A stretch of DNA of 64,000 nt from Chamberlinius hualienensis (lineage: Eukaryota): positions 151,335-215,334 of the forward strand of contig BAAGAE010000030.1 in the NCBI GenBank assembly GCA_054772095.1, written 5' to 3'. Within the stretch, counting starts at the first letter, position 1. Every line of letters starts with the position of its first letter. Positions 52,273-64,000 of the stretch are shown piece by piece. The notes beneath the pieces are model-generated. The model made no database searches, was not told the origin of the DNA, and saw nothing but the letters and a program-made list of their open reading frames with translations. Made by a program: the position numbers and the translations under genes.

Positions 52273-55200
52273 TGCTTTTACATCGCCTAATTTCTGCTGC
52301 TCAGCAAAATTATTTATATGTTAAATTCTGTCAACGTTCGCAAGTTTCGAAATTCTCCTTTGGAAAGCGTCGACTCTGGTCGCCAAGTAAACATCAAGCA
52401 ACATGTAGTAAGTTTAATTTAAAAAACGATTTTTATAGTTAAAGTCGCATTATATTGATACAAGAATACATATTAAACAGCAAGTCATTCGAAGGTCAAC
52501 CACTTATAATTAAAACTTTGAATTAACTTGTACAGTATATACCGTATAAGCGTGACAACCACAACATTTAATTCAACAGATTGAAGCTGTCTGGCATTAA
52601 AAAGCGCTATTGTGTTTAGGTTCCATTCGAAGTTACTCAAATGACGGTGGTGATTACGAATCGGTGTATACGAGAAGTTTAATTGACCCTGAAAATTTTT
52701 GGGCTGAACAAGGAGAAACGTTAACATGGCATCGGAAGTGGGATCATGTCCTCGACACTACCGATCCACATTTTCCCAAATGGTATTTTACATTTCGTGA
52801 CGGGCTATAATTACTCATGTACTTTGCGTACATATTAAAAATTGATTATTTTATTCAAGGTTTTCTGGGGGAGAAATAAATGTTTGTTATAACGCTATCG
52901 ATCGTCATATTAAGAATGGCCTGCAGGAAAAAGTTGCAATCGTGTATGATAGCCCTGTCACTAACACTGTCAGAAAGATTACATACAGAGAACTTCACCG
53001 TGAGGTATTAAATATTTAGCCGACATCTCCATAACAATAATCATTATCCTTTTCAATGTGTACGGCAGTAAGTAAACTTTGATAGTTAAATTCGATGACG
53101 TGAATGGCATTCAGTCTATTGCATAGAAATTGTCAGTGTTTGCAATTACATTACAGTACTACTAATAGTGAAAATTTAACCACCTAATTATCATGAAACA
53201 AATTTATTTTCTGCCAAATGTACACGATTGATTATTAATGGCAGTGGCATGTATATAAAGATATTATGAAACTTGTGGAATTAAATTTAAATTCTGATGT
53301 TACTCGTGTTTAGGTATCGCGGTTGGCTAGTGGTCTTAGAAAGCTTGGTATACATCAAAGAGACACTGTGCTCATTTACATGCCGATGATACCAGAGGCA
53401 ATTGTTACTATGTTGGCCTGCTCTCGTTTGGGAGCCATCCATTCACTAGTATTTGGTGGGTTTGCCGCAAGAGAACTATCAGTTCGAATTAAACACTGCC
53501 AAGTAAATTCATTCGATTTCTACACAAATGCAATGCGACTACTTTTAAGTTTTTACTTTAATAAAGCCAAAAGTGATAGTTACAGCAAATTTGGGAATTG
53601 AACCAACACGATTGGTCCAATACAAACCGATAGTCGATGAAGCTATTCAGATGGCTTGTAGTTCTGCCCCATCACCAAAAGTTGTCGTTTATCAACGTCC
53701 TCAATTTGTAAGGAAATGGGATAATAGTGAATTATCGTATGCTTATAACCATTAATCATTGTTCTTTGTAGACAAAAACTGAATTAATTCCAAAGAGAGA
53801 TCTTAGTTGGAATGAGGTGATAAATTTAGGACCTGAAACACTTGATTGCGTACCAGTTGATGCCAACCAAGCTTTATATATGCTTTACACTTCCGGGACA
53901 ACGGGCGATCCAAAAGTTGTTATAACTGTTGCATAATTGAATTTGTTGCTAATTAAGCCAATTCAGGGAGTTGTTAGACCGTGTGGCGGTCATGCAGTTG
54001 CACTCAGTTGGTCTTTAAAGAATGTTTATGGAATGAACAACGATGATATTTGGTGGGCGGCTTCAGATTTGGGCTGGGTCGTTGGCCATTCATTTATTTG
54101 TTATGGACCATTGATTAATGGCATTACAACCGTACTGTATGAAGTAAGTTCTGCTGAAAATTCTATAATTTACTAGTTAAGTTATTATGTGGACATTTAG
54201 GGTAAACCTGTTGGAACCCCTAATCCAGGTGCATACTTTAGAGTGTTGGCACAGCATGGTATACGTGGCTTGTTTACAGCGCCAACAGCATTAAGGGCTA
54301 TAAGAAAAGAAGATCCGCAAGGAGAATATTCTAAACGTTACAAGTTTGATAAATTTCAGTATCTATTTGTTGCTGGAGAACACTGCGATTCAGATACCAT
54401 GGAGTGGGCTAGGAAGATATTTAACGTGCCAGCTTTGGATAACTGGTGGCAAACTGGTATTGTTACTTATCTTTTATTTCTAATTGAAAACTATACAATG
54501 CATGTTGTAGAAGCGGGAAGTCCTATGACTTCCACATGCACTGGATTGACAAAGGACTTTAATGTTCCCAAAAACTCAAGTGGAAAACCAGTTCCTGGAT
54601 GGAATTGTAATGAAATACTCTTTGAGGTGTTAAACATGTTAAATTTACAAATTTGTTCTTGTTAATAGTCAAAGTAATGACTGAGAATAACACTGAAGCT
54701 ACGCCAGGAGAAATGGGCAGAATAGTGGCAAAGTAAAGTAGTAACATCAATTAATTTAATTGCAATCGACTTTCTTATTGTAAATATGTTAAGGCTGCCT
54801 CTTCCACCGGGATTTATGACAACGTTATATAAGAACGAAAATCGATTTATTGAACTGTACTTCTCAAAGTATCCAGTAAGCAAAAATATATTTTAATATA
54901 TGGGTAATTTAATTATCTTGTAACCCCTATGTAGGGAATGTACGACACAATGGACGCCGGAAAGATTGATGAAGACGGCAATGTTTACATAATGGCTCGC
55001 GACGACGATGTAATAAACGTGGCTGGACACCGAATCTCCACTAAATCTCTCGAAGAGGTATAGTTATTTCTAAAAAGTTTAATAAATTCTATAAAAGTCC
55101 ATGAAATAGGCATTGCTAGATCACCCGGATATTATCGAATGCGCAGTGATAGGCGTTCCTGATGCACTAAAAGGGGAAATTCCATTGGGAATTTGCATTC

Positions 55201-55596
55201 TTAATAAAGGTACAACGTAAAAATGAACTAAAGGGTTTAAACAGCAATTGTAAAATGGTTTCAGGAGTCGAGAAATCTCGCGAAGAAATCAGTGACGAAC
55301 TTGTACAGACAGTCCGAAAATTGATAGGACCAGTGGCCGCTTTCAGAAATAGCATATTTGTTAATGCGTTACCGAAGACGAGATCTGGAAAAATTGCTAG
55401 GAAAACTCTTTCAGATCTCGCACGCGGAAAGACGGTCAAGGTAAACTAAGCGCAAGATGCATTATGTATTCTTAAGTTTAATTCGCATTCTCTATAGATT
55501 CCTAGCACAATTGAGGATGCTTCAGTCTATAATGATATTCAAAATGTGATGAAAAAATACGGTTTCTCAGTAGGAACAATTGAATCAAGTTCATAG
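52273..55596 (+). CDS. ACSS3: Acyl-CoA synthetase short-chain family member 3 (propionyl-CoA synthetase-type acetate/propionate-CoA ligase), mitochondrial, about 15 exons. ATG at 52273 and stop TAG at 55594-55596.
   Basis: Presequence MLLHRLISAAQQNYLYVKFCQRSQVSKFSFGKRRLWSP. Then YESVYTRSLIDPENFWAEQGETLTWHRKWDHVLD...W-FSGGEINVCYNAIDRHIKNGLQEKVAIVYDSPVTNT (compare human EEAFQRSLRDPEGFWGE...MLNICYNAIDRHIENGQGDKIAIIYDSPVTDT). Further matches include TVLIYMPMIPEAIVTMLACSRLGAIHSLVFGGFAARELSVRI, the AMP-binding motif [101 protein letters not shown].GSPM and the C-terminal KLIGPVAAFRNSIFVNALPKTRSGKIARKTLSDLARGK. Confidence 0.88.
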
Positions 55597-55845
55597 TTAT
55601 TTAGGATTTTAGAAGTTAATGAACTATATTTTTGTACACTATTTTCATGTTATTGTAATAGCACTTTGTGTAACATTAGTGATAATTGTTAAAAAGTAAA
55701 CAAAATTCTAAAGTTTGTTTGCAAGAAAACTTGGTACATTTATTTTACTTAAGGAAGAATAAGAACTTATTTTGTATCCATGCTTTCATTCGTGGTATCG
55801 GCACCTGAGAAACAAATCAAATTGAGACCCAATTATTGTAGGTTG

Positions 55846-58070
<2,225 letters not shown>

Positions 58071-58184
58071 CAAATTTCATTAGCCGATACCGCCGTTTGT
58101 TTCTAAGCAACAAGATTCAGATTTTGAAGACGCTGTAGAGATGCTGAAATTCGCCGATAGGTTCGCATAAGGTATGAAAGAGGG

Positions 58185-58194
58185 AGGGGGGGGG
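58185..58194. repeat. G10 run (agggaggggggggggttg) immediately 5' of the CRE palindrome in the RUVBL2/RASSF intergenic promoter.
   Basis: Direct reading. Confidence 0.8.
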
Positions 58195-58217
58195 GTTGAA
58201 GAGAAGATGATGTTAAG

Positions 58218-58242
58218 TTGACGTCACGAAGGCTGACGTCAA
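58218..58242. promoter_or_regulatory. Inverted repeat carrying two full CRE sites (TTGACGTCA cgaaggc TGACGTCAA). It lies about 150 bp upstream of the RUVBL2 ATG, in the divergent region shared with the RASSF gene.
   Basis: Direct reading: gttgacgtcacgaaggctgacgtcaacaacg. Confidence 0.6.
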
Positions 58243-58883
58243 CAACGATAAGCAATCGATTTTGAAGCTATCGGAGAATCGGTTAGTCTGGTTAGGTTAA
58301 TGTTGATTTGTCCACGGTTTTGATGTGTTATGACATTCCATATTTCATCAAGGTAATTGTACTATATTCTATTTATACTTATCTGGAACTGTATCTGGAG
58401 GATAAATATAAAGTTATCTTTTTATGTAAAATATGCTTTAGTAACGCTAAAAACGCGATGTGTTGCTAAGTTTATGTGTTTGGTGAAGGAGGTCGTTAAG
58501 GGTCAAATCGAAAGGGGCTTAACCAAAGGGGAATATGCATACATATAAAATTACATACAGTTTACAATCTCGACTTATTGCTTTTAACGATTAAAATGGT
58601 TTTCGAGGGTCAACTGGATTTATGCTATGCTTATAGATACGAATTTTTGTATGATTGAGTGATATGCTAATTTTATCTTTAAACTAATGCCCTTGAGTGC
58701 AGGATTTTACGTTGTATTTTTGGATATTATTTAAACCTCACAACATGTTATTTTTCATGTAAAACTGGAAAATGTTAAATTTTCTTTAATGTTTTTATAG
58801 GTGAATTGGTAGTACTGGTGTTCAGAATGATCTGATACGAATTGATGACCGTTGCGAGAGAATTTGGAGGTGAAGACATTTAG

Positions 58884-61056
58884 ATGGAGCTAAAAGTTTG
58901 GGTTGAAGGGATTCAGAGGATAGTATGTGGTGTCAGCGATGCTACCACATGTCAGGATGTGGTTTACGCTCTCGCCCACGCCACTGGGAAAACGGGTCGT
59001 TTCACCTTAGTTGAAAAGTGGAGGAACAACGAACGACTTCTTCCTCCACAGGAACACCCGCTGAAAGTTCTATCCAAATGGGGAGAATACGCTAACGATG
59101 TGCAGCTGGTATTGCGTCGTACTTCTTTAGATACGAAGTCTTCAACGTTGCAAGCTGACAACCCTATAACCAAAGGAGTTCCAGTTGAAACCTCTCTACC
59201 CAACAACTGGCAGAAAGCCAGTTCGCCACTGTCTCCAACGTCTGGTGCTAAAGACTTGAAAAAGTCTTTAACATTTAGTGCTGGAGGTACTGCCAATACC
59301 ACCGATAACAATGTCGGTGGCAGTTCCAAAGATAAAATTCTGAAAGATATTAAAGAAGCCAACAGAATTGTAGCAAATAGAAACAATCCACCAGCACCAA
59401 ATCAACCTCTGAAAAGGGAAGCAAATGATAAAAAGCAGCTGGCAAAAAGCAGTGAAGACATTATTAAAGATAATGTCTATTCTGCTAGCAATTACAAATC
59501 TGGTAAAATTGAAAAAGAACCAGTGTTGCCAATTAGTCGATTTGCAGTGGGACCAAACACGCGCAATTACAATACAAATTATGCTGGCAAAGCATTGAGT
59601 GCCAAACAACAGCAGATGTCAACGTCCACGCGTGGTGTAAAAGTCTCATCTGATGAAGTTCCATCTATTCAGTCACAGTTCAAATCTTCCCCATGTGGTG
59701 ATCAACTAAATTCAGATCATTACAATAACAGCGGTGGTCCAGTCTCTAGAATTCCAACCGTAATTCAGCCGTCAAATGTAAGCAGTAGAGGCACTAGTCA
59801 AGAAGTTGCCGGTCAAAACAGCTGCGGTGGGAATGGTAATAAGTTGCCTTCACTAATTCCAATACGTCGAGTTGAATCCTCTCCTAAAGTTGCTGTTCAA
59901 GAAGAAAATTCTCGTCGGCCAAATGGCAGCTATCCTGTTCCAGTACACACCTCCATTCCCAAGTCTAGAAAGATTAACAGTGAGTGGAAAAAACCTACTG
60001 AAGAAGAAGAATCGGTTTTGGGTTGTGGGCAACAACAGAAAGTTGTCTATGACAGTTGCTATAGGGATTTGGTAAGATTAATTAACCTGCAGAGGGAAAA
60101 ACTGAGCCAGCAGCAGGCTGGTTTAACGCAATATGACGCAGGTAAATATTACCAACGAGTATCAACGAAATCTTTAGTGCTGATAATCTGTATTTTAATG
60201 TAGAAATAATGTATTGGGAAGAAAAACAAAAAGATCATCAACGGCAAATCGAGATGATTGAAAGAGAAATGGAGAAGATGGAAGCTAGCGGGAGAGATTT
60301 GAATGAAGAAATGGGCCAACTGGAACCACTACATTTAGACGACGAATTGGACGTAGGTCGACAGCAGGAGAAAATGCTTCAATCAGAACTGACTTTACTA
60401 CGTTCAAAACTTTCCAATTGCGAAACAGAGTTGTTACAGTGTAAAAATAAAATAAGGTATTCATTTTTTCTGTGTTTTCTAACTATTCATTCACATAAAA
60501 CTATTGATTCGGTTCAGGTTGCTGATGGATGACATATCAGAAGATCGTAGGTGGAAGTCGAAAGAAGACGAAGAACGACGTCACCGAGAAAGAATAGTTC
60601 TGAGTGAAATCGACGATTTACAGCGGGATTTACAAGACATCATGAAAGATTATGATACCAGAGTATGTGTCTATTAATTTTTAAATTCGCTCATAGGCTT
60701 GTATCTAAATGTTGCAATTCGTGATTATAGGTAAAATCGTGTGATAAGTTGGAACAAGAAGTAAAACAGATCGAAAGTGCCATAGCTGTTAAGAAAAAGC
60801 AAGTGGAAAGTTTAGTTCAAGAAATGAAAGCTGCAAATTTGGAATCTCTTGCATTAACTCCTGCTGAGGAAATTCGTCATCTTCTAGAAGGTATAGAATA
60901 AGCATATAATACAGTATTTTGATGTCTAATCAACGTGGTGATATCGCAGGTGGTGCTCATAAAGGTCCTGGGAGTTCGAGGAAGATTGTTGGCTCTCCAC
61001 GTCAGTTGGAAAACGCCGTACCTACAAGCAAGAATCCTCATGGGGTCTGGGTCTGA
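58884..61056 (+). CDS. N-terminal Ras-association domain family protein (RASSF7/8/PAMCI-like): N-terminal RA domain, long Ser/Asn-rich linker, C-terminal coiled coil. Five exons at 58884-60139, 60201-60455, 60516-60663, 60730-60890 and 60950-61056.
   Basis: [79 protein letters not shown] matches the RA domain of human RASSF8/RASSF7 ([76 protein letters not shown]). The downstream exons encode heptad-rich coiled coil ([41 protein letters not shown]...[35 protein letters not shown]...) with in-phase GT-AG junctions. Confidence 0.85.
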
Positions 61057-62290
61057 ATTTTATTTCATTGCCAAGTGTGCTTGTACTCATATTTACCAAT
61101 CGCTGGTTTGCTTTAAATGTTTTATATTATGAAGTTCTGTTGGGTGCATTGCCATTGCGAAATCTGATTTATACGTGAAAAAAAGTAAACAAGTGCGGAG
61201 ATATTATTTCTATTTACAGTGTCCATAAAGTTTTTCTTTTTTAAAAGATTTCGCACTTCAATCACATCATGATTATAGATTTTAATTAGCCAACTGTGAT
61301 CTATTTTCTTTTGCCTGTGTTAAATAGACACACATCTTTTATTATCATGTATGAATATTACCGAAAATTATTATACATTAGCCATTCGTACCAATTGATT
61401 TTAATCGAGCGAAATGCCAATTATTTATATTTATTTCATTTTTAAACATAGTTGAATAATTGTGTTAATTTCCCTTTACCTATGCTTTTAAACTTAGTGT
61501 ACATGTAAACTCTTATGATAAGAAGGTCCCAAATTATACATTGCGGTTGATCAGATATTATAGATTTGTAGCATTAATTTTAGTGCAGCTGGGTTCAGTG
61601 TCTCTTGACCCCTGATTTTGTACGACTTCAGTCGTAACATTACTAAAAACTTACTTAGTAGTGGTTACAAGCACTGATAGCGATTATACTAGTTCAAATC
61701 GATAGAATTCAATGAATGTACAAAAATTTTAAATTTATACTTTAAATTTAAAAAAAAGATGTTATTGATATAAATAAAGTTTGTTCTTCGATCCCTAATG
61801 ACTCGCTGAGATCCAGTGTTTGAAAGTACCGTAATTTAAAAATCCGTTTTTTAAATATAAATGTTCAGGTTGGAATAAACTATCACATTGCTAAAATTTC
61901 ACAAATAAAAAATATATCAATAAATAAGCAAAAAATATTTGTATACAATATTGATAAATGTCAGTGCTTCAGACGTTAATAGAATTGTGATAGTAAATTT
62001 AAAATAATATCGGTCGATTAATCTATTTTGCATAAACTAATTAGTTTACTAACACACAGCAAATACGTCAACATTGCGCAAAAATTATTGCATCATGTTA
62101 TGAGATTCCATACCAGAAAAAAAAGTATAAATAAAAATGAACCACAATCATAAATTTATCATACAGCTTCCCTGTTTAGTGTAAGTGTCGTACGTTATAC
62201 GCCAGAGACCGATCAGATCTTGAGTCACGCGTAGTTACCGTAGTAGTGTATTGCATTCCCCACGCTTTGTTAACACTATACTCAGCTAAA

Positions 62291-64000
62291 ATGGCGGCTG
62301 CAGTGCAAGGAGTGGATTCGGCATGGCCTGAAGTTGACATTGTTTTATCTGAAAACCGATGTGAATTGGTACTGTCTGGAAGTGAGATAAGTAAACGAAT
62401 TGAGGAAGAAGGTTTACATAAAAAAATATTTAAACTGACCAAATTAAATTATTTGGAAATTAGTAAAACGTCGTTGAACGACTTGCCAACCGATATTCAA
62501 CGTTTAAATCGATTAACCACGTTGTCACTTCATAGCAATCAATTAACTACAGTTCCAGCAGCTATTGTTCATTTAGTAGAACTGAAACATCTCGATTTGT
62601 CAAGAAACTTGATAACTGAACTGCCAGAAGAAGTAGGCCAATTCGAACAACTTCAGACTTTGAATTTGGATTCAAACAAATTAACTGCATTACCAGAATC
62701 GGTTAAAAATTTAACAAAATTATTGGTGCTGGATATTTCGCATAATAGTTTTGATGATTTCCCAGAATTTATTTTGGAATCTAGTTTGGTTCACCTATCA
62801 GAACTTCGTGCTAGAGGTAACCGGATTGGAAATCTTCCGGCGGCATTGTCTGATCTGCCATCGCTGAAGATCTTGGATGTAGTTGATAATGTCGTTAAAG
62901 ATGTTGCTGGTGAACTGGGAGATTCTGCCAAGTTGAAAGAAGTGCATTTAGGAGGGAATCCTTTAAAGGATAGACGACTTTTAAAAATGGTAGAGCAGTG
63001 CCATCATAAGCAGATAATCGATTACATAAGAGCTAATTGTAAAAGAGAAATGAAAGCTGTTGATAACGATCCAAAATCAAAATCTAAGAAAAATAAAAAG
63101 AAGAAGGGAAAAGGCGATGCCGATGACATGGAAAAGGTTATAGAGATTTGTCAATGTTACATTCACAGTTACTGATTTATTTATGTGTGCATTTAGGTTC
63201 TAGATTCAATAAGGGTTCTTTATCTTGGCCCCGAGCCGGTTGTCGTTCAAGTAATGGATGCGGTAAAAGACATTAGACCGTACATAGTTTGTTGCATATT
63301 ACGCGGAGTTAATTTGCAAGAGGCTGTAAATTTTAAAAGTTTTATTTCATTGCAGGTATACTTTTGAAGGAATTGACAAATTTAATGAATGACATGTATA
63401 GAATACATTTTTTTTAGACTCGTCTTCACGAAAATATTTGTAAAAATCGCACAGTTGCTACAATAGCTACTCACGATTTGAGTAAAATTAAAGGAGATCT
63501 TGTATACACGGCAAGGGTTCCTAATGGAATATCGGTAATTAGATATTGGCATCTTTGTTTAAAAATTGACAGTTAATTTTAACTGTGCATCTTGCAGATA
63601 ACTCCGCTTCAAGGTAATAAAGCTGTTTCAGCTTTAGGTTTATTTCAACAACTTCAGCGGGATGCTGAGCAACTAAGAAAAGAGAAGAAACGCAACACAT
63701 ATTCTGGAGTTCACAAGTACGTAAAATGACTAAATTACATTTTGTTTGTTTTTTTAACACCTCAAGACTGATCGAGTTCAAATCGACATACAACGATCCA
63801 CATTGCCATTATAGTTAATATTGAAATTTAGTTTTTTTTCTATCTTTTTAAAATGCTTTTAGTATTTTAAATCTTGACTAACAATTCAGCATTAATACTC
63901 TTGAATCAAACGGTATAAAATTCCATGATCTAAATACTTTTTTTTGGGTTATACGAAGAAAACGCTTAGTATTATTTTCCGTTATGTAATCCATCCGATG
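62291..64000 (+). CDS. LRRC47: Leucine-rich repeat-containing protein 47 (LRRC47), 5' part. Exon 1 is 62291-63135 (LRR domain plus Lys-rich linker). Later exons are 63208-63354, 63418-63534 and 63599-63718, and the gene continues beyond the window end.
   Basis: MAAAVQGVDSAWPEVDIVLSENRCELVLSG...LTKLNYLEISKTSLNDLPTDIQRLNRLTTLSLHSNQLTTVPAAIVHLVELKHLDLSRNLITELP...KLKEVHLGGNPLKDRRLLKMVEQCHHKQIIDYIR matches human LRRC47 ([34 protein letters not shown]). Next exons: VLDSIRVLYLGPEPVVVQVMDAVKDIRPYIVCCILRGVNLQ (human [41 protein letters not shown]), TRLHENICKNRTVATIATHDLSKIKGDLVYTARVP (human [35 protein letters not shown]) and ITPLQGNKAVSALGLFQQLQRDAEQLRKEKKRNTYSGVHKY. Confidence 0.85.

Overview
This window is eukaryotic (metazoan) nuclear DNA, not prokaryotic. 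It is AT-rich (roughly two-thirds A+T) and gene-dense, with many short (about 50-100 bp) GT-AG introns. I reconstructed about 20 protein-coding genes by hand-splicing the ORF track and recognising conserved protein segments. These are a tetraspanin, an ACC-synthase-like PLP aminotransferase, a COMM-domain protein, a small acidic prothymosin-like protein, GATD1/PDDC1, nucleobindin, COQ5, dynein light chain LC8, SRSF1, an unidentified conserved protein, TMEM33, major vault protein, PITPNM/rdgB, a chitin-deacetylase-like CE4 protein, ACSS3, RUVBL2/reptin, an N-terminal RASSF (RASSF7/8-like) protein and LRRC47 (3' end outside the window). Several genes are arranged head-to-head and share short promoter regions carrying TATA, CRE (TGACGTCA), E-box and DRE-like TATCGATA elements. 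No rRNA, tRNA, CRISPR array or prokaryotic-type defence/mobile system is present. The points worth a second look are: (1) the CE4/chitin-deacetylase-like secreted protein, in which the metal-binding and catalytic motifs appear replaced, suggesting a pseudo-deacetylase; (2) a roughly 600-bp GC-rich non-coding island inside intron 1 of the acidic-protein gene; (3) paired palindromic CRE sites at three bidirectional promoters; (4) G homopolymers of 10-18 nt; (5) a near-identical 30-bp coding tandem array in nucleobindin; (6) a likely GC-AG intron in the tetraspanin; (7) a gene-poor 6.5-kb block upstream of PITPNM with probable non-coding 5' exons. Exon boundaries are hand-derived and approximate, and gene identities rest on remembered homologue sequences rather than database searches.
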